64,000 nt of DNA from Squalus acanthias (taxonomy: Eukaryota), in contig CM059433.1 in NCBI GenBank assembly GCA_030390025.1, positions 30,196,001 through 30,260,000 on the forward strand, read 5' to 3'. Shown here piece after piece: positions 37,420-50,200 of the stretch. Made by a program: the position numbers and the translations under genes. Below the pieces are notes generated by a model that saw only the letters and a program-made list of their open reading frames with translations, was not told the origin of the DNA and searched no databases. Position 1 is the first letter of the stretch, and every line of letters begins with the position of its first letter.

Positions 37420-40333
37420 TGGCAGGATCAAGTTTAGAGTGATGTGTGCAGCATGCATGATGTGCACCTGCCTGGACTCGTGTAACATGCAGGGTGACAG
37501 TTTATGTATGAAGTGTACGAAGGTTGCACTCTTGAGCAGAAGATTGCACAGCTTGAGAGTTAACTGGACACACTCCGCAACATTTGCGAGGGAGAACGTT
37601 TTCTCGAGCAGACATTCCAGAGGGTGGTCACGGCAATGATTGCTGGCAATAGAGAAGATGGTAAGGGAGACTGGGTGATCATCGACAGACAGGGCAGGGA
37701 AGTGATAGGTGAGGGTAGCAAGGGGATGATCTGTGGAGCTGGACTTGTCTAATAGGTACTAGTTACGTAGACAAAAAGGATGACATAGAGGAGGGTCACC
37801 ATGAGTGACTACAAGGCACTGAGGAACAAGTGGTTACCCATGGGAGAAACAGTGCAGATAGTAAGAATAGTCAAGTGGTGATTGTGGAGGATGTTATAGT
37901 CAGGGGTGTAGATAGTTTCTTTTGTAGGTATGATCCAGCGTCCTGAATGGTATGTTGCTTTCCTGGCATTCAGGACATCACAGAGCGAGTACAAAAGATT
38001 CTGGAATGGTTTGAGCAACCAGAGGTCATGGTTCATGTGGGAACTAATGACATAGATATTGTAGGTTTAAGGTTTTGCAAAGGGATGTCAAGGAGTTAAG
38101 TTCTAGATTAGGGAGCAGAACCTCTAGGATAGTAATCTCTGGATTACACCGAGTGCCACTTGCTGGACCAGACAGGGGGAGAATGATTGGGATTGTAAAT
38201 GCTAGAAGGGAGGGATTTCAGATTTGTGGGACACTGGAACCACTTTTGGGGCCAGGGAAGGTTTTACAGACAGGATGGCCTTCACCTAAACTGGAGAGGC
38301 ACCCATGTCCTTGCGGCAAGGGTAAATAGGGCATGGGAGAAAGATGTAAATTGTAGTGGGTGGGAGGGGAAAATCCACACAGTAGGCCAAAAAGTGCGAG
38401 AAAAAGATTGTACGGGCTGGGGGGGGGACAGTTAAAAATGATTACATGCCCTGAAAGGCAAAGGCTCCACTTGTGTAGGTAAACAACCATGGTCAATAAA
38501 TGAGATCAACAGCGGTATCAAGCTAAAAAGGAAAGACTTGCAAGGAAAAGTGGAAATCCAGCAGACTAGGAGAGCTATAAACAGCAACAAAGCGACAGAA
38601 AGTAATGAGGTGCATAAATGGAATATTAAAAAAAACTTGCAAGGGATATCAAAGCTAACAGCAAAAGTTTTTATAAATATATTGAGAAACCGAGTGATCA
38701 GGGTGAATGTGGGCCCATTAAAGATAGCTGCAGGCAAGACTATATAATACGGAGATGACAGACTTTTTAAATGAGTTTGTATCCGTTTTCACAGCGTAGG
38801 AAGAGGACAAAATACCAGTGGTATAAGGGAAGCTAAAAATAAGTCAAGGGGGGGAATCTTGTGGATTTAATACAAGTAAAAAAAAAGGTAATGGAGAAAG
38901 TAATGGGACTTGATGTAGACAAATCTCCAGGACCTGATGGTTACTAGCCCAGTGTATTAAACAAAATGGGCGAGGAAATTGCATGTGCATTAGTCATAAT
39001 TTTCAAAAGCTCTTTAGATTCAAGAATTGTGCATTTGGATTGAAAAATTGCAAATGTCGCTCCATTATTTAGAAAGGGAGAAACCCGGTAACTACAGACC
39101 CATCAGTTTAACATCAATATTGGGGAAGGTTCTAGATAGGTTTGTGAAGGGTGGGTCAAGTCTGACTAATCTAGTTGCATTTTTTGAGGAAGTCACTAAC
39201 ATGGTGGACAGGGGTGTCTATGCCTGCTGTCTATATGGACTTCCAGAAAACATTTCATAAGGTTCTGCACAAAAGATTATTTGCTAAAATGCAAGCACAC
39301 GGAATTGGAGGTAACCTTGTGACATTGGTTAGTAATTGGTTGGGAGAGAGGAGAAAAAGGGAACGTACTCTGATTGGCGGGATGTGACAAGTGGTGGTCC
39401 CTAGGGATCTAAGCTGGCGCCTCAGCTTTTCACCATATATATTAATGTTTTGAATGAAGGAAGAGGGAGTTGTATATCCAAGTTTGGAGGCACAGTAAGT
39501 TGTGTAGATGGAAGCAGGAAGTTACAAAGCGACTAAGTAGGCAAAACTATGGCAGATGAGTTCAATGTGTAGAAGTGTGAGTTATCCGCTTTGGATCCAG
39601 GAAACACAAGTTGGAATAATTTCTTAATAGCAAGTGACTAGGAACTGTTGAGGACCAATGGGATTTCGGTGTCCATGTACAAAAATGAGTAAAGCTTGTG
39701 CACTGGTACAAAAAGCAATCAAAAAGGCTACTGGAATGTTTTTTTATCTCTGGAGTTGGAATACAAAAGTTGTGCAGAGCCTTGGTCAGACCCCATCTGG
39801 AGTACTGCGTTCAGTTTTGGGCACCAGACCTCAGGAAAGATATATTGGCTTTGTAGGGGGTACAATGCAGATTCATTAAAACGATACCACGGTGCATAGC
39901 ATTAACATTAGGACAGGTTGCATAAACTTGGTTTGTATTCCCTTGAGTTTAGAAGATTGAGGGATGATCTAATTGAGTTGTTTAAAATGATAAAGGGATT
40001 AGATACAGAGAAACTATTTCCTCTAGTGGGGGAATCTAGAACAAGGGAGCATAATTGTATAACTAGATTTAGGCCATTTAAAAGTGAAATCAGGAAGCAC
40101 TTTCTCACACAAAGGGTAGTGGAAATGTGGAACTCTCTTCCCCAAAAGGCTGTGTATGCTGGGACAATTGAAATTTTCAACACTGAGATCAACAAATTGT
40201 TTTTGGGTAAGCGTATCAAGGGATCTGGATCAAAGCCGGGTAAATGGATTGTAATACAGATCAGCCATGATCAAAGTGAATGTCAGAACAGTCTTGAGGG
40301 GCTGAATGCCCTACACCTGTTCCTATGTTCCTA
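37420..40333 (+). mobile_element. Long decayed CR1 LINE with ORF1 (Cys-rich N-terminus plus SGNH esterase) and deleted ORF2
   Basis: CxxC pairs near 37445-37515, VMVHVGTNDI near 38030, DGLHLNWRGTHVLA, then NYRPISLTS, DFQKTFHKVLH, LEFRRLRDDLIE, TTCCTATG tail. Confidence 0.85.
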
Positions 40334-42949
40334 ATTGTTTTTAGTCCTATGAAAAAGTGTGCTTTGTACAATAAAGTATATGGGTTATGTAGATTTGCAT
40401 ATTGCTCCTGAACTAAATAAATAAGTTTTAAATAGCTCAACAGCTGCAGACAATGAAGCTCATTTCATCAAGTTATGCAAAGTATTTATTTGACAAACAT
40501 AGCCTTTGTGGGTTTATTTAATTCTGTATTTCACAAAATCATTAGATTCTTGAACTTCTTCCTTTCCTGTCACACAACCTAAGAGTAAGGAACGTGCAAC
40601 TAAGCTGCAGAATACCCATTTTATTCTACATATCTGGAAAAGACCTCATAATTCATGAGTGACAAAGAGCTTCCTGATTGGAAAAAACCAAATCATTCAC
40701 TCTTTATACAGTTTTTGCTAACATTACAGGAAAAAATTGGACTTGTACACCAGTTATAAATTTATTAAAATGCTGAAACAGTAGAAACACTGAAATCAGT
40801 TAAGGCACTTATGATACAATGAGAGAGGAAAGGATGTTGCTATGTAGTGCAATTTTGGGTGAAAATGAAATCATCAGCTGTGATATAAATAGAATATACA
40901 TCACACTATGAAAGACTGTATGTAATGATTTTTGTTTCTATGAGTGAGATGACTGTCATCATTTATGAGTTAAGGACCTCACCACTGGTGGGATATATCA
41001 AGTTATATCCCGCAGCTTGTATTTTATTTACAGCACATCCTAGGTAAGTAGCTGAAATTAGAGATACCTGCACATTTTCATTTTAAATAGGAATTAAATT
41101 GCATTGCCTAATGGTTGTGGTGATGCTGTAAAAGTTTTTCTGCACCACAATGTCAGCATTTCTCAATTGTTATGTAATTTTCACAAAGCATAAAAACCAG
41201 CAAGAGATCACTATGTGTGGTATAAAAACAGTTACCATGCACAGCTTAATGGTGTATGATGTTTATGACCCTTGCGTTAGAAATTTCATGAAAATTAAAT
41301 TTGAATGGAGTTAATTTAGCTCAGGTACAAGGAGCAATCCAAAGGCAAGTGTGAAATTTGCAATACTAATTTACAATACATAGAGAATAATAATAGGACT
41401 GACAGCAAGCCAGTAATCTATGTTCAGATTACATCAGTTGTGAAGTGAAACTTGAACAGTTTAAAGATATCACATCAGTCATAAAATGAAGTTATAGCCT
41501 TGAAATCACTTTTATACATCTGTCTGATGTGAAATGTGAAGACAGGTTCATCAGGTTTCAGCTAGTGGATGGTGTCATGGCAGATAGGCTTTGATATTGT
41601 TGTGTAGGTGTCTGGTATCAGTGATGAAGGGTTAATGATTGCAACCGAATCGATAAGTGATGATCACAGTTCATCATTGGGAAATAATAGTATTCATTTA
41701 GAAATATTTTCCGATTGATTTTTTAAAAAGTTTTCCATTTGCACCAAATTTGGTGCTTTCATTGTTTTATCTTTAAAAAAAGTTTATAAAAAGAGCAAAA
41801 ATCAGATGAAAACTGATAACCCCAATTTTCACACTCTGGTTCAAGCATTAAAACAAGGATAGCTAGTTAGGGATGAGACTTCGAATTCTGCATTAAGTAC
41901 TTGACTCTCTATTTCACTGAATCAGCGTTTAGTCTGCTGATCCTTCATGTCAAAATTCAAATGTAATGATCAAATATTGCAGCCAGCATTTTCATTATTT
42001 TTACCAGTGTTAATGAATACACACCAATTTTAAAAAAATGTTCTGGGGGGTTCTGGTTTTAACTCAAAAACCAGGAACTCTAACTGTACTCAGTTTTCTT
42101 AACATCACTTCTTTTTCTTCCCCATTAAATTATAAGCAGTTGCAGGAAATTCATACTCGGGCTAAAAGTTTCTGACATTTGTTTAGGAATAGCTTTGAGA
42201 ATTCAAAGAATAAAGTACATGTTCAGATAGCATTGACTTTCTGCTGTTTGGAACACAGTGGTTCCGGAACAATGGAGGCCTTGAAAGTGTCACGGTTTAT
42301 AATGCAGGGTACAAGGTTGGATACTCTTCTTGGTGGGGTGCGGAGAATCATTACAGAACCTTTCCTCCGGAGATAAAATGGGCAGGGAAAGTCCATGGTA
42401 GAGCAGCAGGTTGCACATGTTCTTGGAAGAAGTAAACTTGATTGACTCAGTGGTGTTTCTCATTCAGTACTTCCTTGTGTTCTTATTTAGCTAATTCTAG
42501 GAAGCATTGGGGTCATATAAATTACTAGCCTCATTTTCTAATTCGATAACACGTATCCTAAAAAAAATCAGATTTGCTTCAAATTGAGGGATTTTCCTCA
42601 AATCTCATCACACTCTTTAAAAACAGTGCTGGCCTTAGTAAGTTAGTGAGAAAGGAAACTGTAGGAGGAATACTTTGGTTAGCAATTGAGGACTGTCTCC
42701 TAGGTTGATTGGGTGACTGCAGTGGCATCACCCTGTTAAAGGAGTGGAAAAGGTTCTAAAGTTGTGCATGCCAATAAGTGCTGTTAGGGATATGGCTACA
42801 CATGCTGTAAAGTCCCTAGTTAATCTCCCCCACCCGCCCCCTTTTAACCAGAATGCAGCGGACAAGGTAGTTGTATAGCTCTTAATTTTAGAGGGTGAAG
42901 AGTGCGCTACTGCCCAGAGTGTCCAAGGAAGAAAAGGAACAGGGGCCAT

Positions 42950-43200
42950 TGTGCTACCTTGCCTACCTTGGTCAGGTCATTGAACGTCTTATGGTACTGG
43001 TCTGCAGTTCTAGAGGTGAGAGAATTGACACTCAGTGCCACTTCCCTCCATGGCATGAGAGACCTTCCATGGAGACCCAGCAATCTGTCTAACCTCTGTT
43101 CAGTTTCCTCGAGGAGGGTTTGGCGGTCATGCTCACTGAAATTGTGAGCTGTTACTTTCTCCTTCCTTGCAATATCCTTGTCCCTTTCTTTGGCTGTCTG
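42950..43200 (-). pseudogene. Second Harbinger-type Myb/SANT relic
   Basis: AHNFSEHDRQTLLEETEQRLDRLLG...PWREVALSVNSLTSRTADQYHKTFNDLTK fits the Myb_DNA-bind_5 pattern. Confidence 0.7.
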
Positions 43201-43535
43201 CCAGAACCTCCAGTGGAAGATATTGTTGAAAAATGCGGCAAGACCACACAAGCCATCCAGTGCAGCTAGCTGACACTGAATTCAGTGATCCACAAACACC
43301 TGCTACTGTAATCTTTTTGGCCATTTAGAGGCTGAACTCTAATTTCCAAGCAGTCATAGCCGAATATTCCAGTATTCCCAGGTTTGTGCTGGAGATCCTC
43401 CCATTGATATGAAATGAGCTGACCCAGAAAATTATGGCGTGTTCAGCTCTGTAAAGCATCAGTGGGAGCAGCACCCAGATACATTGCTGTAAATCTGCTA
43501 CGAGAATGTCATTGATAAAAACCAAGATGTCAGTA

Positions 43536-43726
43536 CAGGTTGAGCGTCCCGAATCCGGCAACCTCGGGACCGAGGCCGAGCCGGTTTTCGGGTTTTTCTG
43601 GACTTCGGAACATGTTTCTGATGTCCGAAGTCCGGAAACACCCGAGCCCAGGTTGCCCTGCCACCAATCGTCCGGATTCTGGAACATTCCGGATTCTGGA
43701 ACTCCGGATTTGGGACGCTCAACCTG
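43536..43726. mobile_element. Tigger-like MITE (191 bp)
   Basis: TA TSD; TIR CAGGTTGAGCGTCCCGAATCCGG / CCGGATTTGGGACGCTCAACCTG. Confidence 0.9.
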
Positions 43727-44070
43727 TATAAGAAAATCAGGATTTGATTAACCTTTGTATGCAGATTTTGAAAGATTACAATTATGGTTCTATATATTTC
43801 CAAGTTTTCTCTTTGTTACTCTTGACAAGTTTTCACATGCTTTCTGAAACCACCACTGTCTTTTCGCTAGTGTGTTTTTGGGGGTGTTTGGTTTTCTTAG
43901 CTGCTATTTGGGTTAAATTTTAGTTCACTAGCACAGCTGCCAATTACTTTGTTGCACATGCAAATTTTCACAAATCATAAGTAGGTGCCAACGCAGAGAA
44001 GTGTTTGACAGGTTGTTGGGCGTGTTACTTCATTTAGTTGTTTACCTTGTAACCTCCCTACAAAGATGTA

Positions 44071-44636
44071 CAGGAAACTCTTGTTTATCCGGCACCCAAA
44101 TATCCGGAATTCTCGCTTAACCGGCAAAAATCATCCTCCGAAAACTCCTCTCAAATAACCGGCAATGTTGCCGAGTCGCAGTCCGAGTCTCCGCGAACGC
44201 CGAGTACTCCGAAAACTCCTCTCAAATAACCGGCAATGTTGCCGATCCCGAGTCCCCGAACGGCGATTTAGTCAGTAGGGGTAGTTTTCAAAAGTGCCAC
44301 TACTCGGCCTCCTGGCGCTGTCGGAAGTCAGAAACACTGCAGTAGCAGGAGTTGATTCTCCCGCGCTGCCGGGAGTCTCACTTACTGTTAAGTAATTAAA
44401 GAGTTATGGATTACTCTCAACTGGCAGTACTGTACTTAATCAAGCATCTTCCACCATCCATTTAACACAACATTCTGTAGGTGAGTACCCAAATACTGTA
44501 TACTGCACATTTCTTGATTTTTTTATTTTTCTTTGTTAAAAATAGCCTCGGTAGATATAACTCTCTGTTATCCGGAACTTTCGATCAACCGGCACCACGC
44601 CGGTCCCGTCGGTGCCGGATACCAAAGAGTTTCCTG
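44071..44636. mobile_element. Tc1/mariner (pogo/Tigger-like) MITE, subtype B
   Basis: TA TSD; TIR CAGGAAACTCTT; internal duplication CCGAAAACTCCTCTCAAATAACCGGCAATGTTGCCGA; sister copy at 46057-46654. Confidence 0.9.
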
Positions 44637-45637
44637 TAACTTGCTTTCAGTGTTGGATTGATACTGTGGCAGTATCAGAGACATTGAGATCCCCCCCCCC
44701 CCCCCCCCCCCAGCCTATAAATACAGTATCTCCATGATTGAATTATGTCAATAAACTTGCTGTGTTCTCGGTCAGATAATAACTTGTGTCATGGACCTTT
44801 GTGATGCGCATATTCTGCTGACACACATTGGGTAACGTAAAGTCAGGGCAATTTGCATTTTTTAAAATGGTAAAACCACATACCTTGTTCGTAAGATACT
44901 GTTATTAAAGTATCTGGAATAAATTTAAATATGCTTGCACAAGAGTAAACGCTTCCTGGACATTAAATAAACATCAGTTTTAGATTGGTTATTAGCCACT
45001 TCTGTGTTGGCTATATGTTGTGCAAAGAGAACCAGATACCATAGGCTTCGTGAATTTTTTTTGTTCTTTGAAGGTATTGATGTGATTTGTTCATTTGCAA
45101 TGAGCCATTGTAAATTCACGGAGGCATTAAATTGTTTTTATGTGCCAGTAATTTGATAAGATATATATTTAAAGAGCTGGTGAATACTAACTTGAAATAA
45201 AGTAGATAATGGCACACTTTGGATATGCATACAAATAAATATTTATATACATGCCTACACAATCGATATGAGAGTTATTTCAGTCTTCAGCATTGTCAAT
45301 GTGACAGCAATAATTGAAATCATGGCAAATGTGCACAAAGAAATGTCCTTGTAAAATGTATAGGATAATTAAACGGATAGTATCTTGCTCACAGTATTTG
45401 CATTAACTATATACTGAATACTGCATTTGGCTGCCATTCAGTAAGTGACCATTTACTTACAGCTATTAATAAGTTTTATATTTTACTCATTTTAATTGTG
45501 ATTCCAGCAGCCAGTGAAAACATCAGTTACTTCCTTAGATTGAAAACCTAAGCTGCAGTATGTTATCTCATGTAGTAGGCCAAGTTGCAGACTTTTAAAG
45601 TTTTAATTAATGTTCATTTTCTTCATGCTTTTAACAG

Positions 45638-45833
45638 GAGATTTGTGTGATTCGTTTCTGTCCAGTAACTGAGGAAGATCAGATAACGTACACCTCACTG
45701 TATGCATACTTCAACAGCAGGCAGCGTTATGGGGTAGTAGCCAACAATGTGAAGCAGGTTAAGGACATGTATCTTATTCCATTGGGTTCCTTGGAAAAAA
45801 TTCCTTACCGGCTGTTACCATTTGATGGACCTG
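45638..45833 (+). CDS. PHF3: PHF3 exon, SPOC domain
   Basis: ttaacag acceptor and G|GTGAGT donor; EICVIRFCPVTEEDQITYTSLYAYFNSRQRYGVVANNVKQVKDMYLIPLG...FDGP. Confidence 0.95.
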
Positions 45834-46056
45834 GTGAGTTTATACAGCAGCTAATGTTTTTTTTGACTGAGTTGTAGAACATTAACAAAGTAAAGGTTTG
45901 ATAAATATGTTCCTAATTCATGACTTGAAAATGTAGCATTGGTTACAATAAGGAAGTTCGTACAGATTTCAGCTAATTAATCTTTTTTTCTTTATTTTTC
46001 TATATTTAAAAGAATAGTGTACCTAACTGGTATTATTACCAGTAGAATCCATAATA

Positions 46057-46654
46057 CAGGAAACTCTTGTTTAACCGGCACCTAAATATCCGGAATTCTC
46101 TCTTAACCGGCAAAAATCATACTCCGAAAACTCCTCTCAAATAACCGGCAATGTTGCCGAGTCCGAGTCTCCCGCGAACGCCGAGTACTCCGAAAACTCC
46201 TCTCAAATAACCGGCAATGTTGCCGAGTCCGAGTCTCCCGTGAACGCCGAGTTAGTCAGTGGGGGTAGTTCTCCAAAGTGCCACTATTCGGCCTCCTGGC
46301 GCTGTCGGAAGTCCGAACACTGCAGTAACAGGAGTCTGATTCTCCTGCGCTGCCGGGACTCTCTTCTGATCGGCCATTTTACTGTGTGTAAGTTTTGTTT
46401 TACTGTTAAGTAATTAAAGAGTTATGGATTACCCTCAACTGGCAGTACTGTACTTAATCAAGCATCTTCCACCATCCATTTAACACAACATTCTGTAGGT
46501 GAGTACCCAAATACTGTATACTGCACATTTCTTGATTTTTTTATTTGTGTTTGTTAAAAATAGCCTCGGTAGATATAACTCTCCGTTATCCGGAACTTTT
46601 GATCAACCGGCACCACGCCGGTCCCGTCGGTGCCGGATACCAAAGAGTTTCCTG
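46057..46654. mobile_element. Tc1/mariner (pogo/Tigger-like) MITE, subtype B
   Basis: TA TSD; same TIRs and interior as 44071-44636, same orientation. Confidence 0.9.
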
Positions 46655-47666
46655 TAATATGATTCTACCACCAGCAATCTTGTAATTAAAAACTTAAAAA
46701 AAATGTTATAGTCAAGTAGGAAATCTTGCTAGCCTGACAGGATTTTGAAATTGGAAAGGCCAAGTAGATGGGAGTTGAGCTTTTTGTGTGCACATATAGC
46801 CTGACTGATTTTTCTAGGCAGTACAAGGGCAGACTTGATAGGTTCACTGTTGCATCTCTCCCTCCACCTGATCTGGAGGGAGGCTGGATCCACTTGTCGA
46901 GTGTGCATTAATTTAAAATATTTTTGGAAGTAAGACACCCACAGAAGGGAAGGGTAGCCTGTTCTTTGGATTATTAGTCCAGTAACATAACCACTGCACT
47001 ATTGTCCTGGTACGAATTGTGATGTCCTTCATTTGAAAAACAATTGACTCCAGAATTGACGCTAGCTGAAACCGTGATTATTTGGAATTGGAAGTGCGAA
47101 ATAGGCTGTAATCAAGTTGCCTTCCTAACTGCTGATGGATGTGTCAGAAGTGAAGTGCAAGCTCGTTAACATTCACTTTTTTTTGCTTGTGTCTCTGAAG
47201 TGCGTTGTTTTTCTATGTTAAAGGCACTTCTTGTTTGCAAATTAAAATTAAAGCTCAATTACAATTTAGTGAATAGTTGAAGTAGTAAATATATTGTGTT
47301 GGATTGGTGCCATAGCTTTGGACATGTAGGCAGGAATTCAAAGTTTTATAGATCATAAAATAAGAAAGTGTAACTGTACAGCAGCAATGGTTCTTTTCCA
47401 AAAAAAAATGCCCAGGAGTAGCACAGCTATGTGTAACTTTCATTGTAGTGATGTTTTTATATTATGACACATTTCAATGTAAAATACATGGCTCTGTGAA
47501 GTAGTCAGCAAAGGTTCTACCTAATTAATGTATTTTGTCACTTTAAGTGTTGTTAATTCCATCAGTCATACAGGATTATACAATTACCTTTCATTGGCAT
47601 GAGTTTTGTTTATATAAGTGCAGCATCATTTTCAAGTAATGACAAGTCATTAATTATTATTGACAG

Positions 47667-50200
47667 GACTCGAAGTAATTCGCCAGAATCTTCTCCTTGG
47701 GTTGATAATTCGACAGAGGGTGAAGAGATTGCTTAGTGCTTCGCCTTCTGAAGAAGTGTCTGAATCAGAGAAGCTGCCTAGTAGCTTGCCTCAAGAGAAG
47801 AAAAGCAAACCAGAGTATGTGGAAGCTGAAGTTGAAGATGATGATGAAGAAGAAAACCAGTTCTTTAATTCCTTCACTTCTGTGTTGCCTAAATTTAGAA
47901 GCAAGCCCAAACAGTCACCACCAGTAGAACCTCAGATTTTGAAAACACCTCCTTCATCGCCAGCAGAGCCTATTCCTATCCTATCTACAAAGCCATTAAG
48001 ATTTCTTCCTGGAGTTTTGGTTGGTTGGGAAAACCAATCCACGTCTCTTGAATTATCTGACAGACCACTGGATGATATTCTTCAGAGTCTATTGGGAGAT
48101 GCAGAAAAAGAAACTGAACACAAGTCTGTCTCTAGCACCGGACCTGACTTAGGAGAGCCTCTAGTTAGTAAAAAAGATTCAAAATTACCAAAAATGTCAC
48201 ATCCTGAAGAAACTGGTGATGATCAGGAGAATGCTAAAAATGTCTTGCATGATCTTCCAGAGGAAAATGAGAAGGCTGATGATGTGTTGGAGGATGTCAA
48301 AGTTGCAGAAACTTCAAAGGCAACTGGGTTCCTTACAACTCTCACGCTAAAAGACAAGCCACCAGATGTTTCAACTGAAGCATTTCTTTCAAGTCTTGCA
48401 GCTGTAAAATCACAACCAAATCAGAAAGAAGAACACGAGAAGCTTCGGCATCACTATAAGGTAAAGAAGGTGAAAACGGAAAACTCGAAAGAGCAAAAAG
48501 AAGCTTCAGGTAGTTCTTCATCTCAGCCTGTGACCCCCAAGATTGAGTTATCTTCACCCGAGCCCACTACAAATGCTGAAGAGGTAGATCCCACACAAGA
48601 AGCTCTTGCAAGAGCCTCGCAGGTTGTCAATATAAGCAGAGACCCGAGACAAGCGGCCGTTCGAAAGCAGCAAGGTATTTCTTCAATAAGCAAGCCTGTT
48701 GAGGACAGCGCAGATGATCAATACTTGGATAACAGAAAAGATAAAAGTGAAGATGAGAGTTTAAACATAAAGGATGCAGAGGAGGTTTTTAAGAAACCCT
48801 TAGAAACTGAACAAGGAGAAGCAACCACCAAACAAGTTCCTAAAGACACAATTAATACTCAAAGTCAGCAATCCAGTAAACAAGTGCAAGGACCAACACC
48901 ATGTATTACAGAGGTTTCTCAGTCAGTCTTTCAGAATATCTCAAATCCAGTGCCAGAAACAGAACCTGCAGTTTCTTTGCATAAAGGAGAAACTCATTCT
49001 GATCCCGAAATGGTAGAAACACACACTATTGAGACTGTGCAGTCAATCCGAAGAGAAATTGCCCCATTACTTTCTTTCCATGGGCCACGCGTTGGTTCGC
49101 ATTTTGAATTCTCTTCAAATGCTGTACCTGCACAGAATCAAACTCATGTGCCAGCAGTGTCCACATCATTGCCAAGTGGTGGCCCTTCAGGTAACCGAGT
49201 ACCAAGTAGAAACATCTTCCCTCCAACAATACCCCAGCTGCACAACTTCTCCCAAGTTCAAGGTCACCCTTCTGGTTTTCCATTTCAACGAGGTCTGCCT
49301 ACTGCAAATTTCCAACCACCGGGTAATTTGATGCCTTCGTTCATGCCAGTCCGGCCCCCGCCACTTCCTCCACCACCATTTCGCCTTCAAAGTGATCTTC
49401 ATTTGAGGTTTCATTCCCCAGATCTTGGTGCAACACATGCCTTAGGCCCAAACCACATGATGCCTTGGCTACCGCCAATTCCCTGTCCACCGCAACACCA
49501 TTTGGGGCTCATGCACCTTGCTCATGGGCAAGCAATGCCACTTTTCCCCTCTGACCATCCAATTGATGTCAATAGATATGCACCAAATTCAGGAACACCA
49601 AATTTTCAACCTATTAAGGATGACCATAGACAAGAAAGACATCATTGTGATCTTTGGGATAGATATAGCCAACGTTCAGAACATAATTTTAGCAAGGAGC
49701 ATGGCAGTCATCACAGACATAGGTTTTATAGTGATTCTTATCATCGAAGAAAAGATAGGCACAAAGAAAGAGAGAGGGACAAAGAAAGAGAGAGGGACAA
49801 ATATTGGGACCGAGATTCAGAGCGAGACAGGGACAAATATAAAGAAAGAGACCGCGATAAAGGGAGAGACAGAGAGAAGAGAAGAAGTCATGAGGACAGG
49901 TATAGAGATAAAGATCGGGACCGATATCGGGAAAGTGAAAGGAGCCATGATGGCGCGGACTCGAGAAGAGAACGAAGCAAAGAAAGAGAAAAGGGTAAAT
50001 CTGAAAATGAAGATCACGATAGTGACAAAGATAGAGGAAAGGGAAGGAGCAAGGACAAGCACCGAGAGAAGGTACAGGAAAGAGAAAAAGATGTGGAACG
50101 GGATAAACACCACAGGGATAAAGACCATGATAAAAGGGACCACAGTGACAGAAGCAAAAGCAAGAAGAGAAAGAGTTCTCCAGAGTCTACTGCTGACTAA
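47667..50200 (+). CDS. PHF3: PHF3 terminal coding exon (end of SPOC, acidic and Pro-rich region, RD/RE-rich tail)
   Basis: tgacag acceptor; long open frame with PHF3-specific motifs EEENQFFNSFT, KPLRFLPGVLVGWEN, KPPDVSTEAFL, RDPRQAA, RFYSDS; TAA at 50198-50200. Confidence 0.95.

Noticed and set aside
3972..50200. DIDO1 or SPOCD1 as the gene identity
   Set aside because: Same domain order, but the terminal-exon motifs (FFNSFT, LRFLPGVL, KPPDVSTEAFL) match PHF3
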